This document shows, piece by piece, positions 39,797-49,483 of a stretch of DNA of 53,466 nucleotides. Position 1 is the first letter of the stretch, and each line of letters starts with the position of its first letter. This DNA comes from an uncultured Coriobacteriales bacterium. Lineage in GTDB: Bacteria; Actinomycetota; Coriobacteriia; Coriobacteriales; CAYVBA01. A program made the position numbers and the translations under genes. The notes beneath the pieces were generated by a model. It was given only the letters and a program-made list of their open reading frames with translations. It searched no databases and had not been told where the DNA came from. The DNA lies in contig CAYVBA010000002.1 of assembly GCA_964448475.1 (NCBI GenBank), positions 1-53,466 of the forward strand, written 5' to 3'.

Positions 39797-42062
39797 CTCC
39801 ACCTGGGTTCCTGATGAGATCCCGCTTCCAGGATTCGCGGCTCTTGCTACTGTCTGCGGATCGGGACTCATGACGGCCGGATACGGGATTCTCTCTTTGG
39901 CGGGAGTCGTCTCACTCACAGTGCTCCTCCTCGTGATCCGGAGAAGACCGGCGAATCATGACCGCTTCCGGATCATCGTTCTCGTATTCACGAGCACACT
40001 TGTGATCTCCGGTCTTCTGGCATGCGCTCACATGGAGATCCGAGAGGTTCGGATCGAGTCACTCGGCTCCAGATCCAGCATCCGTGCGGTGGTCGTGGAT
40101 GATCCACGAACCATCGGACGCCGTACATCGGTAGAAGCGCGGATCGAGGATCTGACCGGAGAGCCACTCATCCTCGAATCATGGAAGCCGATGGATCTGG
40201 AGTACGGCTTCACGTACACGATCACTGGGAGGTTCGATCAGTTCGGGGATTCGCCGTACGAGGTGTCACTCGAGCGTAAGGGTGTGGTGGGTTCGTTCCG
40301 TGTCTCGACATTCGAGGAAGTCGAACGGAAAAGCCTCCTCTCCGAAGTCGCGGATCTGCGCACACGAACCCTCAGCTCCCTCGATGGGGTCGATGATTCC
40401 TCCGTGTTGCTACCAGCACTCGTCTGTGGGCATACGAGTGCTCTCTCCGATTCATCCCTCAGGAACGATGCCTCGCGTACGGGTCTGAGCCACCTGTTGG
40501 CCGTGTCCGGTACGCATCTGGTCGTCATCATGATGTTGATCAACGGAATCGCGCGGGTTTCTCGCCTTCCACGAGCTGCAGCGGTTCTCCTGACTGTGCT
40601 TCTCGGTATCGCGTTCGTGGTATTCTCCGGTCTTCAGATCTCGGCTATCCGCTCTATCGTGATGGCCGTGCTCTCATCCACCTCATGGATGGTCGGACGA
40701 AGACGCTCGGGACTCGCGGCTCTTTCGATCGTGACGATCCTCCTCGTAGTCCTCGACCCCTATGTCGTACACGATCTCTCGTACCAGCTCTCGGCTCTTT
40801 CAGTTCTCGGTATCATGCTGTTCGTCACACCTCTGGCAGAACGGATCGGGCTTTCATTCCCACGGCTCCCTTCCGTGATCGTGGACGCCGCTGTACTCAC
40901 CATCATCGCCCAGGTGGTGACGCTACCGTTGACCATCCCGATCTTCTCGACGTTCTCCCTCATAGCGCCCCTCGCCAATCTCATCATAGGTCCGCTCGTA
41001 TCAGCACTTCTCGCCCTCACGGTGATATGTCTTCCGGTCATCCTCATCGTCGGGGATCGAGCTGGAGCGCTCGTTTCCGTCCTGCAGTCGGTGGCTGTCC
41101 ACGTGGAGGACCTCATCTCAGCTCTCTCGGCGTTACCGTTCGCAGCGGTGACCGTCCGTATCGAACCGCTCATCCTCTGGATGATCGTGTGCGGGATAGC
41201 CATCGCTACGAGGAGTCCAGCTGGCTCGAGGGTCGGATCGTGGGCAGTGAAGGGAGTGGTGGTGCTGGCTTCGGCGTCGATCATCGTGCTCGCCCTCACG
41301 CCGCTGTTCACACCGCCGCGCATCCTCGTATTGGACGTGGGCCAAGCGGAAGCCATCCTCATCCAGGATCGGTACGACACGTTGCTGGTCGACGTTTCAG
41401 CGGGGAGAGCCGCTCCGGATTCTCTGCTGGAAGAAGGGGTGTACGGTGTAGGTACGGTGCTCCTCACCCATCTCCACGCCGATCATGCGGGTGGCCTCAT
41501 CCGGACGATCGACATCATGAGGCCTCGTAGGATATTGGTACCACTCGGGTTGACGGACGAGTTGAATGCCGTGCAGTACGACTCGGATCACCATCCACCC
41601 GTGCGCGAAGTCGGGGCAGGTGATGAGATCTCCGTGGGTCGATTCGAGATCGCGGTTCTTCACCCGGCTTCCTCCATCAGGAACGATGAGAACGAGGATG
41701 CCCTCGTACTGGATGTCTCCTTCACGGATGCGCAGGGGAGGAGCCTCGAGATGCTCCTGCTCTCGGATGTCGAGAAGAACATCACAGAACCACTTGCGAT
41801 ATCAGGTGCACTCGATGATACGGATGTCCTCAAGGTCGCGCATCATGGTTCACGGAATGGGACCTCAGCTATACTTCTCGAGAGTGTGACCCCGGAAGTA
41901 GGAGTCATAAGCGTGGGAGCTGACAACCGATACGGACATCCCACACCGGAGGCGCTCGACCTTCTCGCCCGCTACGGCGTCGAGACCTTCATGACGTCGG
42001 ACATGGGAACGATCGAGCTCGTACCAGCACACGGGGGAGTCCTCGTGAGAACGGAGAAGTAA
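39774..42062 (+). CDS. comEC: DNA internalization competence protein ComEC/Rec2 (competence domain plus metallo-beta-lactamase domain)
   Basis: Polytopic membrane core with GLSHLLAVSGTHL. C-terminal MBL motifs LLTHLHADHAGG and KVAHHGS. Confidence 0.85.
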   Translation: MTSSRSDDSTWVPDEIPLPGFAALATVCGSGLMTAGYGILSLAGVVSLTVLLLVIRRRPANHDRFRIIVLVFTSTLVISGLLACAHMEIREVRIESLGSRSSIRAVVVDDPRTIGRRTSVEARIEDLTGEPLILESWKPMDLEYGFTYTITGRFDQFGDSPYEVSLERKGVVGSFRVSTFEEVERKSLLSEVADLRTRTLSSLDGVDDSSVLLPALVCGHTSALSDSSLRNDASRTGLSHLLAVSGTHLVVIMMLINGIARVSRLPRAAAVLLTVLLGIAFVVFSGLQISAIRSIVMAVLSSTSWMVGRRRSGLAALSIVTILLVVLDPYVVHDLSYQLSALSVLGIMLFVTPLAERIGLSFPRLPSVIVDAAVLTIIAQVVTLPLTIPIFSTFSLIAPLANLIIGPLVSALLALTVICLPVILIVGDRAGALVSVLQSVAVHVEDLISALSALPFAAVTVRIEPLILWMIVCGIAIATRSPAGSRVGSWAVKGVVVLASASIIVLALTPLFTPPRILVLDVGQAEAILIQDRYDTLLVDVSAGRAAPDSLLEEGVYGVGTVLLTHLHADHAGGLIRTIDIMRPRRILVPLGLTDELNAVQYDSDHHPPVREVGAGDEISVGRFEIAVLHPASSIRNDENEDALVLDVSFTDAQGRSLEMLLLSDVEKNITEPLAISGALDDTDVLKVAHHGSRNGTSAILLESVTPEVGVISVGADNRYGHPTPEALDLLARYGVETFMTSDMGTIELVPAHGGVLVRTEK

Positions 42063-42065
42063 CGC

Positions 42066-43052
42066 GTGGCATCACTGAAGCCTGTCTATCTCATGGTCGG
42101 TGAGGATGTCCTCAAGCAGGAGGTCGCGTTGGAGCGGCTGCTCGCTCGTGCTGAGAAGGACGGGGCGACCGATTTCGATATCGATGAGCGGGATGCAGGC
42201 ACGCCGGGGCTGGATGCTGAGCTGATCGTGTCGTCGCTCCTGATGCTTCCGATGATGGCGCCGTACCGACTCGTTGTGATCGAGAACATCGACGAAGGTG
42301 ACAAGGCGCTCACGGAGGCGCTCGTCTCGTATCTGGAGGATCCATCACCGACATCCGTGTTGGCGCTCACAGCGAAGAAGCTCGGGGCTAACACGCGTCT
42401 CCATAAACGGATCGTGTCGCACGGCAGCGATACGATCATCGACTGCTCTCCCAAGAAACAGCGCGAGGTACCTGAACAGGTCAGGAACCTCGCAGCGCAG
42501 CACGGAGTGGGGATCGATCACCGAGCCGTCACGGAACTAATCGGTAGGGTGGGTAATTCGGCGCTCGCCCTGGACAGGGAGATCGAGAAGATCGCGCTCA
42601 ATCTGGGAGCGGGTGGCACCATCACGGTCGAGGATGTGACCTCGCTCGTCGTTCGTTCCGCTGAAGTGAAACCGTGGGATCCGCTGGATGCGTTCTCGGA
42701 ACGGAGAGCGTCAGCGTTCATCGAACTCTTCGAGCGGATGCCTCAACAGAATCCTCTCAGCATGCTCCAGCTCACGCTCACGAGGATCCGCCAGCTCCTC
42801 ACGGCTAAGACACTCGAGACGCGGGGAACCGCTGATTCACTCGCTTCGGCCCTCGGATTGCAAGCATGGCAGGTCAGGAATCATCGCCGCTGGGCTCAGG
42901 AATGGTCCACAGCGGAATTGGTGGATGCGCTCCGTTCAGGAGTCGAAGTCGAGCTCGCTATGAAGAGCGGTGATGAGCAGCGCGAGGCGTACCGCCAATG
43001 GGCACTGGGAGTTCTGGCAGGCGTCAGGACGCCTCAGAGCGACGGAGTGTGA
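42066..43052 (+). CDS. holA: DNA polymerase III delta subunit
   Basis: Size, N-terminal PVYLMVGEDVLKQE, and the canonical position after comEC. The family call rests on overall resemblance only. Confidence 0.75.
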   Translation: MASLKPVYLMVGEDVLKQEVALERLLARAEKDGATDFDIDERDAGTPGLDAELIVSSLLMLPMMAPYRLVVIENIDEGDKALTEALVSYLEDPSPTSVLALTAKKLGANTRLHKRIVSHGSDTIIDCSPKKQREVPEQVRNLAAQHGVGIDHRAVTELIGRVGNSALALDREIEKIALNLGAGGTITVEDVTSLVVRSAEVKPWDPLDAFSERRASAFIELFERMPQQNPLSMLQLTLTRIRQLLTAKTLETRGTADSLASALGLQAWQVRNHRRWAQEWSTAELVDALRSGVEVELAMKSGDEQREAYRQWALGVLAGVRTPQSDGV

Positions 43053-43929
43053 TGACGATCACCTCGGGATCGTTGTTTATCCTGAGAGGCAGGATCGAAT
43101 TCCCGATACCGCGTGACACCACCATGTGATGCGTCTTGGTAAGACCTTCGGTGGAGTGGACTCCCTCGGCGTGTTCAGGAAGGAATCCTTGATTAGGAGC
43201 GAGGATGGGACCCACGGCCGGGAGATTGACCTGGCCGCCATGTGCGTGTCCGGTGAGCGAGACGTCATATCCCATCGATGCATACAGTTCGAAGTGTTCA
43301 GGACGGTGGCTCAGGAGTATCCGAGTATCCGCCTGCACATGTGCGGTGGCCGCGACTGCTCTGAGGTCATCCATGAACGACTCGTCATCGTACGGGTCCG
43401 GTGCTCCGGCGAAGACGATACGCTCGTCTCCGCGCTCCACGAGATGCAACCTCCCGTCGATGATCTTGGTCCCGGTGGCAGCGAGGCGCGGACCCAGCTC
43501 GTCGAAGAGCGGTCGTTCCGCATCACCCACGGGAACGCGCTCGTGGTTACCCGTCACGAAGAGAACGGGTGCGATGTCGGTCAAGCTGTCAGCGAGATCG
43601 ATCGCGATACCTATATCAGGAGAGCGCCGGTCCACGAGGTCTCCGGTGATGGCGATGATATCCGGATCGGCCTCCCGTGTGATGTCCAGTACCGACCCGG
43701 GCTTCTCGTCCGATACGAACCGGGCGTTATGGATGTCGGAGAGATGCACGATCCGGTAGCCCTCGAACGCAGCAGGAAGATCCACGAGCTCGATCGTGAG
43801 ATCGGTACGCGTGGGATGCGTGTTGCGATAGATGGCGTAGCTGAAAGCGAGGAGGCTGGCCATGAGTGTCGCACCGGCGAGAAGCGCGCGGCGTTTCAGA
43901 CCGTTCCGTTCTTCTCGTCCGTTTACCAT
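43024..43929 (-). CDS. Membrane-anchored calcineurin-like metallophosphoesterase (YkuE-like)
   Basis: N-terminal TM/Tat-like RRALLAGATLMA. Motifs LSDIHN, ITGDLVD, GNHE and TGHAHGGQ. It overlaps the holA 3' end by 29 nt. Confidence 0.8.
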   Translation of the reverse strand: MVNGREERNGLKRRALLAGATLMASLLAFSYAIYRNTHPTRTDLTIELVDLPAAFEGYRIVHLSDIHNARFVSDEKPGSVLDITREADPDIIAITGDLVDRRSPDIGIAIDLADSLTDIAPVLFVTGNHERVPVGDAERPLFDELGPRLAATGTKIIDGRLHLVERGDERIVFAGAPDPYDDESFMDDLRAVAATAHVQADTRILLSHRPEHFELYASMGYDVSLTGHAHGGQVNLPAVGPILAPNQGFLPEHAEGVHSTEGLTKTHHMVVSRGIGNSILPLRINNDPEVIVITLRRSEAS

Positions 43930-43951
43930 GACATGACTCCTGGAAAATGAA

Positions 43952-43974
43952 GATGCCCGGACAAGCCGGGCATC
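43952..43974 (-). terminator. Rho-independent terminator of rpsT
   Basis: Perfect 9-bp stem GATGCCCGG (43952-43960) / CCGGGCATC (43966-43974). On the minus-strand transcript it is followed by UUCAUUUU. Confidence 0.65.
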
Positions 43975-44004
43975 TCGACGGTCGTTCGAACCGAGGTGGA
44001 TGCT

Positions 44005-44271
44005 TCAGGCGTCCATCCCGTTGAGAGCGGTCATCACGCCGGACTTGCGGTTAGCAGCCTGGTTCTTGTGGATGATGCCCTTGGATGCGGCCCTGTCCAG
44101 AAGGCGGACCGCTGCGCTGGCAGCTTCCTGTGCCTTCTCCTTGTCACCTTCGGCGACAGCGGTGTGGACGTTCTTGACCGCGGACTTGAGTTCCGACTTG
44201 ACCGCGCGGTTGCGGATGCGCGACTTCTCGTTGGTGAGGATCCGCTTCTTCTGACTCTTGATGTTCGCCAC
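44005..44271 (-). CDS. rpsT: 30S ribosomal protein S20
   Basis: (V)[29 protein letters not shown]... is canonical S20. The GTG start at 44271 lies 7 nt after the SD GAAGGGA. The ORF-track extension to 44373 is spurious. Confidence 0.9.
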   Translation of the reverse strand: MANIKSQKKRILTNEKSRIRNRAVKSELKSAVKNVHTAVAEGDKEKAQEAASAAVRLLDRAASKGIIHKNQAANRKSGVMTALNGMDA

Positions 44272-44333
44272 GTACATTCCCTTCGTGATACAGATTCCAC
44301 CCGTCGCAGTGGGGTCGCGACGTGAACTTGAAC

Positions 44334-44362
44334 ATACTAACATCAGAATGACCAGTACACAA
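44334..44362 (-). promoter_or_regulatory. Candidate rpsT promoter
   Basis: On the minus strand: TTGTGT (complement of 44357-44362), a 17-nt spacer, then TAGTAT (complement of 44334-44339). Confidence 0.4.
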
Positions 44363-44406
44363 TGGAAGCACACGAAGTAAGCAGGTATACGCTATGATAC
44401 GTTCTT

Positions 44407-46215
44407 ATGACTAAGACACCGACGGATCGCATCCGTAACTTCTCGATCATCGCGCATATCGATCACGGCAAGTCCACCTTAGCCGACCGTATCCTGGAGA
44501 AGACCCAGACGGTCGCGCAACGTGACATGACCGAACAACTGCTCGATTCCATGGATATCGAGCGCGAGCGTGGGATCACCATCAAGTCCCAAGCAGTGCG
44601 CATCTTCTACGAGTCCGAGGACGGACTGGAGTACCAGTTCAACCTCATCGACACTCCGGGGCATGTGGACTTCACCTACGAAGTCTCACGTTCGCTCGCT
44701 GCGTGCGAAGGTGCTGTGCTCGTCGTCGATGCTGCCCAAGGTGTCGAGGCTCAGACGGTATCCAACGCACTTCTCGCCATGAACGCGGATCTGGAGATCG
44801 TGCCGCTCATCAACAAGATCGACCTCCCTGCGGCCGACCCCGAACGGGTGCGCGAGGAGATCGAGGATGGTCTGGCCATCCCTGCCGATGAGGCGGTGCT
44901 CGCGTCCGGTAAGACGGGGCAGGGGATCGATGAGCTGCTGGAATCAATCATCACCCTCATCCCGGCGCCCACCGGGGATCCCGAAGCTCCGCTCAAGGCA
45001 CTCATCTTCGACTCGTACTTCGATACGTATCGTGGGGTCGTCGCACTCGTGCGGATCGTGGACGGATATATGGAACCTGATACCGAACTCCTCCTCATGG
45101 CCACCGAGGAGGAGTTCGAACCCGATGAGATCGGTGTCCGCAGACCCGCGAACCAGCCGCTCAAGAGACTCGAGGTAGGCGAGGTCGGTTACATGATCAC
45201 CGGACTCAAGGACCCGGCCCTCGTGAAGGTGGGTGACACGGTCACCACCAAGCGCGATGGGGCGGAGACGCCGCTTCCCGGGTACCGCGAAGTGAAGCCC
45301 ATGGTGTACACGGGCATGTTCCCGATCGACGGTGATGATTATCCGGCTCTCAGGGATGCGCTCGATAAGCTGAAGCTCAACGACCCCGCGCTCATCTACG
45401 AGCCTGAGACGTCGCACGCACTCGGGTTCGGATTCCGCGTGGGGTTCCTCGGACTGCTCCATATGGAAGTCATCATGGAGCGCCTCGAGCGTGAGTTCGA
45501 TCTGGACCTCATAGCCACTGCACCCTCTGTCGAGTTCATCGCGTATCTGACCGACGGTACGCAGACGCACGTGCACTCACCGCAGGACATGCCCGACCCC
45601 GCACGCATCGACCGGATCGAGGAGCCGTATCTCACGGCCAAGGTTATCGTACCGCCGGATTACGTGGGCGCCGTCATGGACCTCACGATCGAGCATCGCG
45701 GTACCTTCATAAACATGAACTACCTCTCCAAGACCAACGTGGAGATGCATTGGGAGATGCCGCTCACGGAGCTCATCATGGACTACTTCGACCAGCTCAA
45801 GAGCCGTACGCGCGGTTACGCATCACTCGACTACGAGTACCTCGGGTACCGCCCGAGCGACCTCGTCAAACTGGACATCCTGCTCGCGGGCGATCCGGTG
45901 GACGCGCTCTCCTTCATCGTGCACCGTGACAAAGCGTACGATCGCGGTCGTCTCATGTGCGAGAAGCTCAAGGACATCATCCCGCGCCAGATGTTCGAAG
46001 TGCCCATCCAAGCAGCGATCGGCGGGCGTATCCTCGCCCGCCAGACGGTGCGCGCCAAGCGTAAGGACGTCCTCGCCAAATGCTACGGCGGTGATATCTC
46101 GCGTAAGCGCAAGCTGCTGGAGAAGCAGAAGGAAGGCAAGAAGCGCATGAAGGCCATCGGATCGGTGGAGATACCGCAAGAGGCGTTCATGGCGATCCTC
46201 AAAGTCGACGAGTGA
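44407..46215 (+). CDS. lepA: Translation elongation factor 4 (LepA)
   Basis: [33 protein letters not shown], and the LepA-specific C-terminal domain ..[22 protein letters not shown]. Confidence 0.97.
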   Translation: MTKTPTDRIRNFSIIAHIDHGKSTLADRILEKTQTVAQRDMTEQLLDSMDIERERGITIKSQAVRIFYESEDGLEYQFNLIDTPGHVDFTYEVSRSLAACEGAVLVVDAAQGVEAQTVSNALLAMNADLEIVPLINKIDLPAADPERVREEIEDGLAIPADEAVLASGKTGQGIDELLESIITLIPAPTGDPEAPLKALIFDSYFDTYRGVVALVRIVDGYMEPDTELLLMATEEEFEPDEIGVRRPANQPLKRLEVGEVGYMITGLKDPALVKVGDTVTTKRDGAETPLPGYREVKPMVYTGMFPIDGDDYPALRDALDKLKLNDPALIYEPETSHALGFGFRVGFLGLLHMEVIMERLEREFDLDLIATAPSVEFIAYLTDGTQTHVHSPQDMPDPARIDRIEEPYLTAKVIVPPDYVGAVMDLTIEHRGTFINMNYLSKTNVEMHWEMPLTELIMDYFDQLKSRTRGYASLDYEYLGYRPSDLVKLDILLAGDPVDALSFIVHRDKAYDRGRLMCEKLKDIIPRQMFEVPIQAAIGGRILARQTVRAKRKDVLAKCYGGDISRKRKLLEKQKEGKKRMKAIGSVEIPQEAFMAILKVDE

Positions 46216-47189
46216 TCGCGGTGTCCCGCACACTGCCCGAACTTCTCGCCGGTGAACCGCTCCTCATGGCTCCTCTGGCCGGTATCACGGATAAGGCCTT
46301 CCGCCACCTCGCGCTCGAACATGGTGCAGCGCTCACGTATTCCGAGATGATCTCCATCACCGGGCTCGATTACGGGGACCGCACGACGTGGTCGCTCACC
46401 GAGCCTGCCGATAACGAGGAGCACTTCGCGATCCAGCTCTTCGGCGCCGAGCCCGAGCGTGTCCCGCGTGTCGTGGAGCGGTTGATGGATCGGGTGGGCG
46501 AGAAGGTCGCGCTCATCGATATCAACATGGCGTGCCCTGTGCGCAAGGTGACGAAGCGTGGAGAAGGGTCGGCTCTCATGAGGACTCCGGAGATCGCAGC
46601 AGGCATGATCTCCGCTGTCCGCGAGGCGACGGACGTTCCCGTGACCGCCAAGATCCGCGTGGGGTTCGAGCGGGGAGTGCCGCTCTACCGTGAGGTCGCG
46701 GTTCGGCTCGTGGATGCAGGAGCGGCAGCGATAGCGCTTCACGGACGGTCCGCCACGCAGCTCTACCGTGATACGGCGGATTGGGATCCCGTTGCTGAGC
46801 TCGCGGCGACGGTACCGGTCCCCGTCATCGGTTCCGGTGATGTCACGGATGCCGAGACAGCTATCATGCGATCGGATACGTCCGGAGCGGACGCCATCTT
46901 CGCTGCTCGTGGCGCATTGGGCAACCCGTGGATATTCTCCCGGTACCGGGAGCTGAAGGAACATGGGAAGGCTGGTCAGCCGACCACCGAGGAGAAGCTC
47001 GCAGTCATGCGGCGCCATATCGAACTCCACGAATGGTACGGTGGGAATCCGGTGAGACTCAGGAAGGATCTCGCGTGGTACGTGAGCGGGATGCCCTTCG
47101 CAGCTCGGAAGAGACGTAGTGCCATGATGTGCGACACCTTCGACGACCTCAGGAACTTCGTGATGGAGGTCGAGTCAGATGTGGGTTGA
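46212..47189 (+). CDS. dusB: tRNA dihydrouridine synthase (DusB-like)
   Basis: [23 protein letters not shown] and TAKIRVG motifs. The GTG start overlaps the lepA stop. Confidence 0.85.
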   Translation: MIAVSRTLPELLAGEPLLMAPLAGITDKAFRHLALEHGAALTYSEMISITGLDYGDRTTWSLTEPADNEEHFAIQLFGAEPERVPRVVERLMDRVGEKVALIDINMACPVRKVTKRGEGSALMRTPEIAAGMISAVREATDVPVTAKIRVGFERGVPLYREVAVRLVDAGAAAIALHGRSATQLYRDTADWDPVAELAATVPVPVIGSGDVTDAETAIMRSDTSGADAIFAARGALGNPWIFSRYRELKEHGKAGQPTTEEKLAVMRRHIELHEWYGGNPVRLRKDLAWYVSGMPFAARKRRSAMMCDTFDDLRNFVMEVESDVG

Positions 47190-48417
47190 TTCGCTCTACG
47201 TCCACATACCGTTCTGCGCCCGTAGGTGTGCGTACTGCGATTTCCCTACCGCGGTACCTGACGACGCCGAAGTCATGGATCGCTACATCGACACGCTCAT
47301 AGGAAGCATCGGTTCCATCTCGAAGCTCTGGTTCATGTCGCGTCTCTCAACCGTCTATATCGGCGGTGGCACTCCCTCGTTCATAGGGCCAGACCGTCTC
47401 GCCCGTCTTCTCGAAGCCATAGGACGTATAGAGACCGAGGTGGGACTCCGTGAGTTCACGATGGAGGTCAATCCGGAGTCGGTGACCGATGACGTGCTCA
47501 CCGTCGCGAAGGAACATGGGGTCGACCGCATCTCCATGGGAGTCCAATCACTCGATCCCGAGGTGCTCTCGTTCCTCGGGCGAATCCATGATGCGCAGGA
47601 TGTCGTCAGAGCGATCGAGCGTGTGCGGAGGCATGACATGGAGCTCTCCGTGGACCTCATGTGCGGGATCCCGGTACAGACGGAAGCATCCTGGAGAGGG
47701 ACTCTGCAAGGGATCGTGTCCCTCGACCCCGATCACATCTCCGTCTATCCGTTGACCATAGAGGCGGATACACCCCTCGCTCTTCTCGAGAACGAAGGAA
47801 GCATCATGCTAGACGAGGACGGGGGAGCGGAGGCTATGGCGACGGCACAGCATGTGCTCAGCGAGGCGGGATATCACCGCTACGAAGTAGCCAACTACGC
47901 GAAGCCGGACCGTGAAGCGCTTCACAACACGAGGTACTGGCTTGGAAGTTCGTACCTGGGGATCGGTGCTGGTGCTGCATCCATGATGAGCACATCGCTC
48001 TTCAGGATGGTAGCTCCTTCATTGGGGATCGTGAGCACACCGTCGCTCGCTGATATCGATCGGGTGAGGTTCTCGCTCACCAGGGACACCGATACCTACA
48101 TGAAGGCCGCCACCTCCGAGCTGTTCGAGGGCGATGCGATCTGGTTCGATCTTCTCAGAGAGGACGAAGCGCTCCTCGAGGACCTCATGCTATCGATGAG
48201 GATGACCATGGGGATCTCGCGCGCACGCTTCGCGTACATCAGACAGCGACTCAAGGAACACGAGATCGATGCACAGGCGCTCCTCGACGGTCTCATAGCG
48301 GACGGTCTCGTCCGTAACGAGGAATTCGATGGCATCAGCCGCTACATCCCCACGGAGAGCGGATGGCTCCTAGGTAATGAACTTTTCGGGAGGATATGGG
48401 ACGCACGCCGTGGTTGA
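47179..48417 (+). CDS. hemW: Radical SAM heme chaperone HemW (HemN-like, oxygen-independent coproporphyrinogen oxidase family)
   Basis: LYVHIPFCARRCAYCDF (CxxxCxxC) and GGGTPS. Canonical lepA-hemW linkage. Confidence 0.85.
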   Translation: MWVDSLYVHIPFCARRCAYCDFPTAVPDDAEVMDRYIDTLIGSIGSISKLWFMSRLSTVYIGGGTPSFIGPDRLARLLEAIGRIETEVGLREFTMEVNPESVTDDVLTVAKEHGVDRISMGVQSLDPEVLSFLGRIHDAQDVVRAIERVRRHDMELSVDLMCGIPVQTEASWRGTLQGIVSLDPDHISVYPLTIEADTPLALLENEGSIMLDEDGGAEAMATAQHVLSEAGYHRYEVANYAKPDREALHNTRYWLGSSYLGIGAGAASMMSTSLFRMVAPSLGIVSTPSLADIDRVRFSLTRDTDTYMKAATSELFEGDAIWFDLLREDEALLEDLMLSMRMTMGISRARFAYIRQRLKEHEIDAQALLDGLIADGLVRNEEFDGISRYIPTESGWLLGNELFGRIWDARRG

Positions 48418-48447
48418 TTAGCACTCTCCTCATAAGAGCGCTAATAT
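48418..48447 (+). promoter_or_regulatory. CIRCE operator (HrcA binding site) overlapping a candidate hrcA promoter
   Basis: TTAGCACTC-N9-GAGCGCTAA (48418-48444) has one mismatch to the consensus TTAGCACTC-N9-GAGTGCTAA. TTAGCA (48418-48423), an 18-nt spacer, then TAATAT (48442-48447) reads as -35/-10. Confidence 0.8.
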
Positions 48448-48476
48448 CGACTGATCGACCACGGAAGGAGGACCAT

Positions 48477-49472
48477 ATGCTCACGGATCGTAAGATCCGC
48501 ATACTCGAAGCGCTCATAGCGGAGTTCGTGCAGACGTCCTCTCCTGTGGCCAGCAGAACCCTCGTGGATAGATATCATTTGGGGGTCTCTTCGGCAACGG
48601 TGCGTAGCATCTTGGCCGACCTCGAAGATCGCGGGCTTCTCCACCAACCACATACGTCGGCGGGTCGCGTTCCTACGGATAGCGGTTATCGTGCGTTCGT
48701 GGATGACTTCCTCGAGCGCGAGGATGACAGACCGCAGACCTCGCATCTCAGTTGGGAGCCCCTTGAGGATGACGTTGAAGCCTTCATCTCACGCATCACC
48801 GAGGATGTAGCCCGCATCACCCGATCGCTCGTCGTGGTGACCGAACCCACGCGTGAACGTGTGGTCCTGACCCGCGTCAATCTCGTTCCTCTCGGCACGG
48901 ATTCCGCTGTCGTTATCCTGGTGAGTGATGAAGGGCGCGTCATCTCCCGCACCATCGAGCTCGGGGAAGTAGTTGCTCCCGAAGCCATCACAGCACTTGA
49001 ATCACGCATCAACGAGCTCGTATCGGGACTCGAGGTCATGGACGCACTGAAGGTACTATCCAGTGTCTACGACCGGAAGACCACACAGCTCGAACAACGC
49101 GTGCTCTCGACCATCATGGAGAACGGCACCGGTCTCTACGAGAGCCGCTCCCAGAGTCAGGGCATGACCTCGCTCTTCGAGCAGCCGGAACTCCGCGATA
49201 CCCGCGCTGCCATCCCACTGCTCTCCACGATGGAGACCGGATCCACTCTCTTCGACATCCTCGTGGATGCGACTGACGATGGCATGGTCACCGTGAGGAT
49301 CGGATCGGAACTCGATATCGCCGATCTGACCGACTTCGCCGTGGTGGCGGAGCCGTATCGCAGTGATGGAGCCATCGGTCTCATCGCACTCATCGGACCG
49401 AAGCGCATGGATTACATACACTCGATCAACGCCGTGCGCGATGGTGCGCACGCACTCGAATCATCCCTGTAA
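48477..49472 (+). CDS. hrcA: Heat-inducible transcription repressor HrcA
   Basis: MLTDRKIRILEALIAEFVQTSSPVASRTL...HQPHTSAGRVPTDSGYR. ATG 48477 follows the SD GGAAGGAGG. The ORF-track extension would run through CIRCE. Confidence 0.9.
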   Translation: MLTDRKIRILEALIAEFVQTSSPVASRTLVDRYHLGVSSATVRSILADLEDRGLLHQPHTSAGRVPTDSGYRAFVDDFLEREDDRPQTSHLSWEPLEDDVEAFISRITEDVARITRSLVVVTEPTRERVVLTRVNLVPLGTDSAVVILVSDEGRVISRTIELGEVVAPEAITALESRINELVSGLEVMDALKVLSSVYDRKTTQLEQRVLSTIMENGTGLYESRSQSQGMTSLFEQPELRDTRAAIPLLSTMETGSTLFDILVDATDDGMVTVRIGSELDIADLTDFAVVAEPYRSDGAIGLIALIGPKRMDYIHSINAVRDGAHALESSL

Positions 49473-49483
49473 GGAGAAGTGAA

